Below, in pieces: positions 8,989 to 21,325 of a stretch of DNA of 64,000 nt (position 1 is the first letter of the stretch; each line of letters opens with the position of its first letter). The DNA lies in the NCBI GenBank assembly GCA_963776275.1, contig CAVZMI010000038.1, positions 1-64,000 on the forward strand, in the 5' to 3' direction. This DNA comes from Ignavibacteriota bacterium. Lineage in GTDB: Bacteria; Bacteroidota; Ignavibacteria; UBA10030; CAVZMI01. A program made the position numbers and the translations under genes. A model generated the notes under the pieces. It was given only the letters and a program-made list of their open reading frames with translations. It ran no database searches and was not told the origin of the DNA.

Positions 8989-10047
8989 ATGGGATCATCA
9001 TTTATTTATATTCGCGGGCTTCGACATGCCGAACATACGGTGTTTTGTGTTCAAGAAGGACAAAAGACATACTATGATAATCTATTTGGGAAGTTTGTTC
9101 CTTATTCGAGTGGTCAACAGGTTAAGCGTTCAGCATTAGATTCTGTTCTGGAAGTCCTGGGAGAACAACAAGCACCAATAACTTTTAATAAAGTAATAAA
9201 TGAAAAGGGCGGTTTGGGTGAGGGAGAACCATGGTCACCCTGTGATCCCAAATATACTGATCAATTACTCGGCGGTTGGATGCGAGCTCAGGCTGGGGAA
9301 ACACCGGTTAAGAGACGAAGTCCATTGTCTATTTCTGCAATGCGTGCATTACATCCTCTTTTATCTGGTGTCGTAAGAGAGAATTTGACCTTTGATCGCA
9401 GCAGTAATCCTGAAATACATCCTGTTAAAGTTCGCGATGCAAATGGAAAAGAAATGTCAGAAGTTGAGATTAATAAATTTCTTGAGAACAAAAAAATATC
9501 GCTTACACGTAGAAATTATATTCAAGACAATACAAGGGCAGCGGGCCTATTTGTATACGACATTGCAATAGATATGCGTACGCTCTTTTCCGTGTCATTG
9601 AATAAATATGAACGTGAAATAACGGATGATATTGGAAAAGAACTTATAGAGAATGGTTGGAAAGAATCTAGGAATGTTTTCGGTAGCTGTTTGATATGCC
9701 CCAAAGAGAAGAGAGATAAGATTATTTGTGCTCTTGCTAAAGGTATTATTAATTGGAGAATTACCAGCAACCAATCCCGCACATTCAGTCTTATGGAGAC
9801 ACTTGCTATTGCTATGAGCGATAACGCAAACAAAGTGGCAAGCGCAATACGTGCTAAACTTTCAGAGGAATCAGAGAAACCCCGTGCAATCCCGATTATT
9901 GACGATACCGTTGGGGCGGACTTGTTTATAACTCTTCCCTGTGACGGATATGTCCAAGGAGTGCACGGAACGGCGAATGCAATGGATGATGCAGAGAACA
10001 AATTGAAGGAAACGCTGTTGGCATATGACTATGAAAAGCAAGTGTAG
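8989..10047 (+). CDS. cas7: Cas7 backbone subunit (divergent)
   Basis: PYSSGQQVKR, DQLLGGWM, KRRSPLSIS, GLFVYDIAID motifs; AGGAG RBS. Confidence 0.85.
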   Translation: MGSSFIYIRGLRHAEHTVFCVQEGQKTYYDNLFGKFVPYSSGQQVKRSALDSVLEVLGEQQAPITFNKVINEKGGLGEGEPWSPCDPKYTDQLLGGWMRAQAGETPVKRRSPLSISAMRALHPLLSGVVRENLTFDRSSNPEIHPVKVRDANGKEMSEVEINKFLENKKISLTRRNYIQDNTRAAGLFVYDIAIDMRTLFSVSLNKYEREITDDIGKELIENGWKESRNVFGSCLICPKEKRDKIICALAKGIINWRITSNQSRTFSLMETLAIAMSDNANKVASAIRAKLSEESEKPRAIPIIDDTVGADLFITLPCDGYVQGVHGTANAMDDAENKLKETLLAYDYEKQV

Positions 10048-10104
10048 TCTCTTTCCTCGGGGTTTGAGCAAAGCAGAAGGAGACCTTCCACCGGGAACTT
10101 AAAA

Positions 10105-10599
10105 GTGACCATTACCGGAACACATATCAATTATTATTTCGTATGCAAACGAAAACTCTGGCTGTTCTCGTCCGGGATACAGATGGAACAAACTTCAGAT
10201 ACGGTGCTGATGGGAAAGATTATCGACGCCGGCAGTTACGAACGTAAAGAAAAAGCAATCGATATCGACGAATCGATCGTCATCGACTGGCTCGACGAAA
10301 AGAGCGGCGTCATCCACGAGGTAAAGAAATCCGACAGTATGGAAGAAGCGCACCGCTGGCAGGTGCTCTATTACTTATGGTATCTTAAACAAAAAGGAGT
10401 CGAAGGGTTGAAAGGCGAAATCGACTATCCGAAGCTGAAGCAAAAGGTGACTATCGAGCTGACACCCGACGACGAACACCGAATGCTCGGTATACACGAA
10501 GCAATCGAAACAGTTGTAAACGCTGAGAAACCACCCGATAAGAATACGAAGAAATTCTGTAAAACCTGCAGTTATTTCGAGCTGTGCTGGGTGGAATAG
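10105..10599 (+). CDS. cas4: Cas4 nuclease
   Basis: YYFVCKRKLW, IDW..HEVKKS, QVLYYL, C..CSYFELC iron-sulfur cysteines. Confidence 0.96.
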   Translation: MTITGTHINYYFVCKRKLWLFSSGIQMEQTSDTVLMGKIIDAGSYERKEKAIDIDESIVIDWLDEKSGVIHEVKKSDSMEEAHRWQVLYYLWYLKQKGVEGLKGEIDYPKLKQKVTIELTPDDEHRMLGIHEAIETVVNAEKPPDKNTKKFCKTCSYFELCWVE

Positions 10600-10621
10600 C
10601 ATGGCAAGGCAGAGGTAAAAG

Positions 10622-11718
10622 ATGAAAAGACCTTACTACATATGTTCTTCCGGACGCCTAAAAAGGCGCCAGAACACAATCTATTTCGAGTCGTTTCCTG
10701 CCGGTGAACCTGACCCCGCTGTTGCGGACGAGGAACTTCTTGCGGGTTTCACAGAAGAGGGGAAGAAAGACGATAACGAACCGGTGAAACGAAAACCAAT
10801 TCCCGTTGAAGATATTGAGGCCTTTTACTGTTTGGGGAACTCGATTTTAATTCGAAATTTTTCAATTTTCTATCGCAGCAGAAGATTCCGCTTCATCTAT
10901 TCAATTATTACGGCTATTATAGCGGTAGTTTTATGCCGCGCGATTATCTCCCCTCGGGACATACGCTTGTGGAACAGGTGCGGGCATATCTTGATCCGCA
11001 TCGAAGGCTGGTTCTTGCCCGTGAATTTGTCGATGGTGCTTCATTCAATATTCTTAAAAATCTCCAGTACTATTCAAATCCTTCGCGGGATACGGGTGAA
11101 CGTAGAATCGATTTTGACACGGCAATAAAGGATATCGAGTCACTCCGGTTATCAATTCCGAACGCTCAGACGACGCAGGAACTCATGGGCATCGAGGGGA
11201 ATATTCATGATCGCTATTATCGGTGTTGGGAAGATATTCTCGGGCAAGAATATGCTTTGGAAAAGCGTGTGAAACATCCGCCCGATAATGCGATCAATGC
11301 GTTAAAATCATTTGCAAACGGCTTGGTATATTCCACAGTATTGAGCGAGTTATATCATACGCATCTATCTCCAACTATCAGTTATCTGCATGGTCCGGGT
11401 GAACGGCGGTATTCGTTGGCTCTAGATGTGAGTGAAATTTTTAAGCCTATACTTGCCGATAAGATGATTTTCAAACTTTTGAATAATAAACAGATACAGG
11501 AAAAGCATTTTCGGAAAGAGTTAAATTTTTGTTATCTTGAGGAAAACGGCAGGAAGATCGTGCTCCAGGAATACGATGAGCGGTTGAAAACGACCATCAA
11601 GCATCGTGGTCTCGGGAGGAATGTATCGTATCGCCACCTCATTCGTCTCGAAGCATATAAGCTTGTGAATTATCTGATAAGTGGAAATGAATATAAAGCA
11701 TTCAGAGCATGGTGGTGA
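10622..11718 (+). CDS. cas1: Cas1 (type I-B-like), single frameshift near 10833
   Basis: GRLKRRQNTIYF in one frame; ELMGIEG, HPPDNAINAL, LALDVSEIFKP, YKAFRAWW in another; one missing T restores FGELDFNSK. Confidence 0.93.
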
Positions 11719-11720
11719 AT

Positions 11721-11984
11721 ATGTATCTGATTATCGTTTATGATGTTGAAGAAAAGCGGGTTGCAAAGATATGCAAATATTTGCGCAGATATCTTCATTG
11801 GGTCCAGAACAGCGTTTTTGAGGGGGAGTTGACCGACGGCAAGTTCACTGAAGTACAAACCGGCCTCAAAAAGCGAATAAAACCTGATGAAGATTCAGTA
11901 TTGTTTTATAAATTACGTTCAGGAGATGAAATAAAAAAGGAGGTCATGGGATTAGAAAAGGCTCCGATCGAGAATATACTCTGA
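11721..11984 (+). CDS. cas2: Cas2
   Basis: YLIIVYDV...YLHWVQNSVFEGEL...DSV. Confidence 0.97.
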   Translation: MYLIIVYDVEEKRVAKICKYLRRYLHWVQNSVFEGELTDGKFTEVQTGLKKRIKPDEDSVLFYKLRSGDEIKKEVMGLEKAPIENIL

Positions 11985-12083
11985 TAGTCGTCAGCTTCCT
12001 GGACTTTTTACACTATCGTATGTTGACGACGACATCGTTAGTAAAAATGCCGAATGGCAGTTTTTTTAAGCCTTTTTTAACTA
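11985..12083 (+). promoter_or_regulatory. CRISPR leader
   Basis: Between cas2 and the first repeat; inverted motif GTCGTCAGC...GTTGACGAC and T-tracts next to the repeat. Confidence 0.8.
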
Positions 12084-15000
12084 GTTTGAATCGGACCAAA
12101 GTGGAATTGAAACTTTGGGTGATCTATTTCAAGATTATCATTTGTACATGTTTGAATCGGACCAAAGTGGAATTGAAACATTCCCATCCTTCTCACTCCG
12201 AATCGAGTGCCGACGGTTTGAATCGGACCAAAGTGGAATTGAAACCAGTGAGCGCGAGTGAGATCTTCGCCAACTTCTCCGTTTGAATCGGACCAAAGTG
12301 GAATTGAAACTAGAATGAAGTGTTGAATTAATGCCGAGAAGCGCTACGTTTGAATCGGACCAAAGTGGAATTGAAACGGTGAATACGAAGGTGTCGTTTG
12401 AAGCGATGCACGAAGTTTGAATCGGACCAAAGTGGAATTGAAACCCAAGATTCGAGGCAGTATTCGCCTCGCCCGATCCAGTTTGAATCGGACCAAAGTG
12501 GAATTGAAACGTGAGAGAACGATAATAGATGATTTGAAAGAATATGGGTTTGAATCGGACCAAAGTGGAATTGAAACAGTATTGATTGCAAAGATGCATG
12601 GAGTCTTGTTGTTGGTTTGAATCGGACCAAAGTGGAATTGAAACTAAGTGACATCATCGGCAACTTCCTTGTTTTTTAATTGTTTGAATCGGACCAAAGT
12701 GGAATTGAAACTAAGGAAAGTCGTTGATTTCCTTTCCGATTCATTTGGTTTGAATCGGACCAAAGTGGAATTGAAACTAGCACGTTTCTCCGCTGCAATA
12801 TCATTCTGGAAGGCGTTTGAATCGGACCAAAGTGGAATTGAAACGATGCAATCTAAATAGGAAAAATAAATGGCCTGGAGTTTGAATCGGACCAAAGTGG
12901 AATTGAAACAAAGGCAAAAGCAAACTGGAGAGGACGTGGATTCCGCGTTTGAATCGGACCAAAGTGGAATTGAAACAATGAATTTGAGTTTGCCGTTGAC
13001 TTTATTCTTGAGTTTGAATCGGACCAAAGTGGAATTGAAACCTTGCAACTGCAATTACGGATATATGGGAACCAACTAGTTTGAATCGGACCAAAGTGGA
13101 ATTGAAACCAAATATAACTTTAAATGTTTGCCCAAATATTTTAGTTTGAATCGGACCAAAGTGGAATTGAAACATAGGTTCGCGATTGCTTCATCTGAAA
13201 TTATGATTGAGTTTGAATCGGACCAAAGTGGAATTGAAACAAAGAATTGGAATTCTATACCGGTCTTACACTCTTTGTTTGAATCGGACCAAAGTGGAAT
13301 TGAAACCTTGATAGATCATTATTCGATTGGATAACCATTTCGTTTGAATCGGACCAAAGTGGAATTGAAACTTTTTATAAATAACAACCTTCCGGCTGTG
13401 AACTCTAAGTTTGAATCGGACCAAAGTGGAATTGAAACGTATTCTTTCGCCAGCGTCGTGTACTTGGAACTTTTGGTTTGAATCGGACCAAAGTGGAATT
13501 GAAACGAAAAGCCATGACGGTTTCCATGAGCGTTTTATTGAGTTTGAATCGGACCAAAGTGGAATTGAAACCAAGCTCAGGTTATCGAGCATAAAGATGA
13601 AGGCGGTAGTTTGAATCGGACCAAAGTGGAATTGAAACCATTGTAATGTTCAAGGATGGCTTGCGCCTGTGCATGTTTGAATCGGACCAAAGTGGAATTG
13701 AAACATGGCTGCAACAACTTCAGTGACGGCTGGACTGATTTGTTTGAATCGGACCAAAGTGGAATTGAAACGTAGTTTCAATCCTTCCGGCAATGTACAA
13801 CCGCTGAGTTTGAATCGGACCAAAGTGGAATTGAAACTCACATCTTGTGCAGGCGGACGTATTCGTACCGTCAAGTTTGAATCGGACCAAAGTGGAATTG
13901 AAACTTTGTCGTATCGGGTCTGACATCGAATGAGAATGTCGTTTGAATCGGACCAAAGTGGAATTGAAACATTTACGTTCCGCTGGACTCATCTTGTACT
14001 CAGGGAGTTTGAATCGGACCAAAGTGGAATTGAAACTAATAAGACGTGCGACTGCATTACGGATCGGTAATCGTTTGAATCGGACCAAAGTGGAATTGAA
14101 ACTAAACTTTGACATCGAAAGAATTATTAAATCCCATACGTTTGAATCGGACCAAAGTGGAATTGAAACGAGCAATACTGTCAATCTTCGTCTCAGATTG
14201 CATACGTTTGAATCGGACCAAAGTGGAATTGAAACCATTGTTCTTTGTGATGGAAATGGTTAATGAGGTTAGTTTGAATCGGACCAAAGTGGAATTGAAA
14301 CCTTTATGTGCATTAAGCATCGCGCCAGTGACATATGAGTTTGAATCGGACCAAAGTGGAATTGAAACGATATTGCAATTAATCTAATTATGTCTGCATT
14401 GGAAGTTTGAATCGGACCAAAGTGGAATTGAAACGCCCAAGTCACTATAAACGGCTTCAAGACTCGGAGAGTTTGAATCGGACCAAAGTGGAATTGAAAC
14501 CTTGACCTATTATTGAATCCGCAGCAACGGATGTTGGTTTGAATCGGACCAAAGTGGAATTGAAACGTTCGATTGATCTGTTGTCGTTGGCATGTAGTAG
14601 CCGGTTTGAATCGGACCAAAGTGGAATTGAAACCAATCGTAGTTATTGAATCATTCCGGGTTGCAATCGGTTTGAATCGGACCAAAGTGGAATTGAAACA
14701 TCAATACACTGTTGCCAATGGAACGCATTATTTTAGTTTGAATCGGACCAAAGTGGAATTGAAACTGTATCAAGATTCAAAAGACTGTAATCCTTGACAA
14801 GCGTTTGAATCGGACCAAAGTGGAATTGAAACGTCTTGTAAATGCAATGAAGGTTGCAGTTACTTCCGGGTTTGAATCGGAACAAAGTGGAATTGAAACT
14901 TAGGAATGGATTTGATTCTGAGGGAATTAAAACGTGTTTGAATCGGACCAAAGTGGAATTGAAACGTATTGAGGGTGGACTTAAAAGACATAAAAAACAT

Positions 15001-18000
15001 TGTTTGAATCGGACCAAAGTGGAATTGAAACTTTTCGGCATATTCTAACTCATGAGTCATTGTCTTGGTTTGAATCGGACCAAAGTGGAATTGAAACATG
15101 CGAAACGTATTCGTGAGTTGGAAGATGCACAGGCGTTTGAATCGGACCAAAGTGGAATTGAAACTAGCAATAGCTCCTTGTGGATTGTGATTTTGTGATG
15201 GGTTTGAATCGGACCAAAGTGGAATTGAAACAAATTAATATCCCTGGTTGTTTAAGAATTGACATTAGTTTGAATCGGACCAAAGTGGAATTGAAACTGG
15301 GAACAAACGGTGCAACTAAACCGATTACATCCGGTTTGAATCGGACCAAAGTGGAATTGAAACGACCTATTCGGGGATTCGAAAAACGATCGCTGCCTCG
15401 TTTGAATCGGACGAAAGTGGAATTGAAACTGGGTATTCGGTGATGGAGCAGTCCATCCGGATAGGTTTGAATCGGACCAAAGTGGAATTGAAACGGGAGG
15501 AGAATGATTTCACTCTGGCGTCAGTTGAGGGTTTGAATCGGACCAAAGTGGAATTGAAACGAGGAAAAAGCGATGTTGACTGTTTCATTGAAAAAAGTTT
15601 GAATCGGACCAAAGTGGAATTGAAACTATGCTGCTGTCGATCAATGCACATCAAATTATTCAGTTTGAATCGGACCAAAGTGGAATTGAAACTTGAGAGA
15701 GAGGCAAATAATGGAATTTGTAAAAAGCGTTTGAATCGGACCAAAGTGGAATTGAAACAAAAAGAGGATAAAGATATTGCGGCAGCCTACAGAAGTTTGA
15801 ATCGGACCAAAGTGGAATTGAAACTTGCTACCTGTTGCGGACTTAATTTGATTGGAAGAAAGTTTGAATCGGACCAAAGTGGAATTGAAACACCATAGGC
15901 TTCTGCGATCTGTCCGTCGATCCCTTCGTTTGAATCGGACCAAAGTGGAATTGAAACCCATGAAAAGCCGAAGAGGCTAATTACTTTAATATAGGTTTGA
16001 ATCGGACCAAAGTGGAATTGAAACATCTTCATCAAACTCTACTCGACCAATAATTTTCAAGTTTGAATCGGACCAAAGTGGAATTGAAACATTGAGAGAT
16101 ATTGTAACTTTGACGGTTCTTGAAGTGTTTGAATCGGACCAAAGTGGAATTGAAACCAAGAACCGCCGGTATGATGTGGGTCGTCTCCTTCGGTTTGAAT
16201 CGGACCAAAGTGGAATTGAAACGATTCACTTATTGCTTTAATGGTTAATTCCGGCACTAGTTTGAATCGGACCAAAGTGGAATTGAAACGTGGGATTACA
16301 GAGATATGAAAGGTAAATTATTTTCGTTTGAATCGGACCAAAGTGGAATTGAAACTATATGCACATCATCTGCACATACCTGAGCCGGTTCAGTTTGAAT
16401 CGGACCAAAGTGGAATTGAAACAAGGAACAAAAGCATTGAATAAATCATAATGGAAATGTTTGAATCGGACCAAAGTGGAATTGAAACCAACTCTACACT
16501 TCCGTCATCTCGTAGACGAACATGGTTTGAATCGGACCAAAGTGGAATTGAAACAAGGCAATACCAGCAAGTAAAATATTGAATCCAATTGTTTGAATCG
16601 GACCAAAGTGGAATTGAAACAATGTTATACCCGGAACTACATCGCTGATCACTCCGGTTTGAATCGGACCAAAGTGGAATTGAAACAATTTCATTGGCGG
16701 TTTAATCGAAAAACCTAAGATTGTTTGAATCGGACCAAAGTGGAATTGAAACGCAGAGAAGTGGAATAAGGTCTGGGCGTTTAGGGTGGTTTGAATCGGA
16801 CCGAAAGTGGAATTGAAACCGTGTATAAGCTGTAATCGTTGGATCACTCACTTCAAGTTTGAATCGGACCAAAGTGGAATTGAAACTGAAGTTGAAGTGT
16901 GGCCCCATTCCATTTCATATAAGTTTGAATCGGACCAAAGTGGAATTGAAACGGTGTTGAATGTTCTAAACATACTTGGACATCGGGAAGTTTGAATCGG
17001 ACCAAAGTGGAATTGAAACTATCAACCATTGCCTGGATACTCTCGCGCTCGTCCGTTTGAATCGGACCAAAGTGGAATTGAAACTATCATCGGTGCATCA
17101 AATGCGACGGCGGCAGCGGTGTTTGAATCGGACCAAAGTGGAATTGAAACGCTATAAGTTCTCCTTCATGAAAATGTTTATTAAAAGTTTGAATCGGACC
17201 AAAGTGGAATTGAAACTTTTCCAAGCGCCGTTAATGAGTGTCTACCTTTTTGTGTTTGAATCGGACCAAAGTGGAATTGAAACAGTATTGCAAGACTTGA
17301 ACAGGGATTTTATCGACGATAGTTTGAATCGAACCAAAGTGGAATTGAAACTTTGTCGTATATCGGAGTTCAACATCTTTTCCGAGAGTTTGAATCGGAC
17401 CAAAGTGGAATTGAAACCTTTCCGGGAAAACACCGAAATGTTTTAATAATTCAAGTTTGAATCGGACCAAAGTGGAATTGAAACAATGTAACTCGTGAGT
17501 TTGAATGTATTGACTATCAGAGTTTGAATCGGACCAAAGTGGAATTGAAACTAAGTAGTTGCATCATAGAATATACCGTCACCATCGTTTGAATCGGACC
17601 AAAGTGGAATTGAAACCCCATCCTGCCATGCCGCAATTATGTAATAGTATTCCGTTTGAATCGGACCAAAGTGGAATTGAAACACGTCCGCCTTCTTCGT
17701 GAATTTTTTGGCTGGCTTTGGTTTGAATCGGACCAAAGTGGAATTGAAACCAACATATGGATGGTGCTGACGCATTGTCTTCTGTGGTTTGAATCGGACC
17801 AAAGTGGAATTGAAACCACTAAATGTCTTCGTACCATTCAACATCTCTTCCAGGTTTGAATCGGACCAAAGTGGAATTGAAACAAGAGATCGCCCGCTGC
17901 CATTGAAGTCAATCCATCGTGTTTGAATCGGACCAAAGTGGAATTGAAACGCCGTTCAGGCATTGCAGGCAGATGCGGGATTGCCGTGTTTGAATCGGAC

Positions 18001-20686
18001 CAAAGTGGAATTGAAACCCTTCAAGGGTTTCATCTTCTTCTTTTTCATACTGAGTTTGAATCGGACCAAAGTGGAATTGAAACCGAAAAGGGTGATGTTG
18101 TATCTTTGACTGGTACTATGTTTGAATCGGACCAAAGTGGAATTGAAACGAGTATCCGGTTGACAGCTTTCTCCTCATAAGAGAGCGTTTGAATCGGACC
18201 AAAGTGGAATTGAAACGAAGGTTGAAAGTCGCTGAACAAGTCCGTCCAAGACAGTTTGAATCGGACCAAAGTGGAATTGAAACCATCATTTACTTTGAAC
18301 GAAAATGAATATGCTTGATCGTTTGAATCGGACCAAAGTGGAATTGAAACATGTAACCGATGTCCATACCGATGTTGATACAGTGCGTTTGAATCGGACC
18401 AAAGTGGAATTGAAACTGGAAACAGTGGCCGAAGGAAAAGCCGAATAAGGATGGTTTGAATCGGACCAAAGTGGAATTGAAACGGGATCCAAAACTTTCT
18501 CACCTTTAAAGTCATCCTCGTTTGAATCGGACCAAAGTGGAATTGAAACACTTGATTCAGCTAAACCCGTTTTCGATAATTATGGGTTTGAATCGGACCA
18601 AAGTGGAATTGAAACTATAAGGTTTCAATTGTAATCCAACAAGCACCCTTGTTTGAATCGGACCAAAGTGGAATTGAAACGGAGGTGATTGAGAAGATCA
18701 GGGAAAGAACAAAAATGTTTGAATCGGACCAAAGTGGAATTGAAACGAGTGAAATCATTCTCCTCCCTGGGAAATCGGTATTGTTTGAATCGGACCAAAG
18801 TGGAATTGAAACTTCGATGTCCATTGATTTTACAATACAAGACGTGACCGTTTGAATCGGACCAAAGTGGAATTGAAACATGGGAAATCCCATGCTTTAT
18901 AAAGCATGGATTCAAGTTTGAATCGGACCAAAGTGGAATTGAAACTGAGTTGGTTTTCGGTTCAATCGTTCAAGGAATTCTGTTTGAATCGGACCAAAGT
19001 GGAATTGAAACTGAAGTCCTTCACGTCTATATATCGCATCGAGTTCAGTTTGAATCGGACCAAAGTGGAATTGAAACGAATTAATCGTGACGAAAGAAAA
19101 TGCTGCCGATTTTAGTTTGAATCGGACCAAAGTGGAATTGAAACGATCACCGGGAATCTTTATTCTGGAGTTTTTCAAGGGGTTTGAATCGGACCAAAGT
19201 GGAATTGAAACAATAGTATATGGGTACAAGTCGGATGGACTGATTTAAGTTTGAATCGGACCAAAGTGGAATTGAAACAATTTGATACGAATAATACTCC
19301 GACAAATCTCGCAGGTTTGAATCGGACCAAAGTGGAATTGAAACGATTTTATTTCATCAATGACTTGATCCGGTGACATCTGTTTGAATCGGACCAAAGT
19401 GGAATTGAAACGATACAGGGACAGATTGATATTCTAAAATATATATTAGTTTGAATCGGACCAAAGTGGAATTGAAACGTGGAATGTTCACGCAGGATAT
19501 GGAAGACTTTGCAGGTTTGAATCGGACCAAAGTGGAATTGAAACAAAGATATGCTCGAAGCGGTGAAGGCGAACATCCGGTTTGAATCGGACCAAAGTGG
19601 AATTGAAACAAAGATATCGATGATTTTAAAACTATTCTTTATAATGGTTTGAATCGGACCAAAGTGGAATTGAAACCATTGATACAAGAGATAAAACTTG
19701 CAGACCTAAAAAGTTTGAATCGGACCAAAGTGGAATTGAAACATATGACCATTGATAAATATAATCATCAATATCATTGTTTGAATCGGACCAAAGTGGA
19801 ATTGAAACTATCTTGTACCTATTTTTACATTCATGATTTTGTCAGTTTGAATCGGACCAAAGTGGAATTGAAACGGGAAAGGTTTTGGCAATTCCCGACG
19901 TTGTGATAGGAGTTTGAATCGGACCAAAGTGGAATTGAAACGGAGAATTTATTAGTGATTTGTTCTTTGAAAAATATGTTTGAATCGGACCAAAGTGGAA
20001 TTGAAACAGAATATACATATACCATTCTTTAACGGCTTTCATAGTTTGAATCGGACCAAAGTGGAATTGAAACTCGGTAAGTATCGCTTTTGTCATATAA
20101 CGGAAAAGCGTTTGAATCGGACCAAAGTGGAATTGAAACTTTGTGTGATCGTCGCGTTTTACATTGGTACTCTGCGTTTGAATCGGACCAAAGTGGAATT
20201 GAAACGAAATTGCCGCTATGACACCATTGCCAGTTGTCGAAGGTTTGAATCGTACCAAAGTGGAATTGAAACGAAAGATTTTATCTGCTTTGCAAATTCA
20301 AGACTCATGTTTGAATCGTACCAAAGTGGAATTGAAATTTTGCAAATTCATCAATGAGTTGTTTTTCCATTTTCGGTTTGAATCGAACCATCATGGAATT
20401 GAAACAAACATTGAAAGGTGTTCCCTACATAGTGCGCGTACTTTGAATCGAACCATAATGGAATTGAAACGGTGTCCACCATGCCCAGTAATACCCTGAC
20501 TTCGCACTTTGAATCGGACCATAATGGAATTGAAAGTTTCATTGCTTTCCCTTTCCTGTTTGTGAGACTTTGAATCGAACCATAATGGAATTGAAACTTT
20601 TTTAGGGTCGTTGAATCAGCGTTTTTCAGCAATGTTTGAATCGAACCATAGTGGAATTGTCCCGACGGAAAGCGTCGGGACGAAAA
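12084..20686 (+). CRISPR. CRISPR array, about 130 repeats GTTTGAATCGGACCAAAGTGGAATTGAAAC (30 bp), spacers mostly 35-38 bp
   Basis: Manual count; ATTGAAAC 3' end, leader at left and degeneration at right give + orientation; point variants near 14870, 15400, 16789, 17322, 20243, 20309. Confidence 0.99.
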
Positions 20687-20749
20687 TTTGCTGAGGGTTT
20701 ATAATTTTTGCTTATCTCGTCTTGATGATTTTGTATAAGTGAAAGAAGT

Positions 20750-21074
20750 GTTTGCTTGTGGTGAGCGAGTTCCGCCCCGTTTTTGGGTGGGGCGAGTCGA
20801 ACCAAATCGGACCATAATGGAATTGAAACGGTGTCCACCATGCCCAGTAATACACTGACTTCGCACTTTGAATCGAACCATAATGGAATTGAAACTTTTT
20901 TAGAGTCGTTGAATCAGCGTTTTTCAGCAATGTTTGAATCGAACCATAATGGAATTGAAACAGAAATGCTTCTGCTTTGCCGATGATACAGGTAGGACTT
21001 TGAATCGAACCATAGTGGAATTGTCCCGACGGAAAGCGTGGGGATCGTACCGACAAAACCGGTCGGGACGAAAA
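20750..21074 (+). CRISPR. Satellite mini-array, 4 variant repeats ((G/C)TTTGAATCGAACCATAATGGAATTGAAAC), 3 spacers
   Basis: Two spacers are near-copies of 20471-20506 and 20598-20633; first and last repeats interrupted by hairpin elements. Confidence 0.9.
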
Positions 21075-21237
21075 TTGCTGATAGTCAACCACAGGATGTG
21101 GTTGATCCCGTTTGTGGTAGGATGCCAACAATCGGGGAACAAAAGACTTTTTGTAGCAACTACGTTTTTCGTTCTGTATGGTGTGTGTTGAGCCTTACCT
21201 CCCACCTAAAGTATAAGCTTCTCACCCTGCCAAAATA

Positions 21238-21266
21238 TTACCAACCTTTGACATTTTTTTGACAAC
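21238..21266 (+). promoter_or_regulatory. 11-bp-period direct repeats (OmpR/PhoB-type box)
   Basis: TTACCAA 21238, TGACATT 21249, TGACAAC 21260; TATCAT at 21280. Confidence 0.5.
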
Positions 21267-21325
21267 TCCCTCCGACTTCTATCATATCTTGATTCCAGCA
21301 AAATGATAGATGGGAGGGAATTTCG

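Noticed and set aside
10068-10079. 12-nt match (GCAAAGCAGAAG) between mini-array spacer D and the cas7-cas4 gap, suggesting autoregulation
   Set aside because: Match excludes the 5' seed of the spacer; 12 nt in 64 kb can be chance
12020-21205. Dozens of ORFs with LNRTKVELK / FESDQSGIET / FQFHFGPIQT repeats
   Set aside because: Translations of the CRISPR repeat, not proteins
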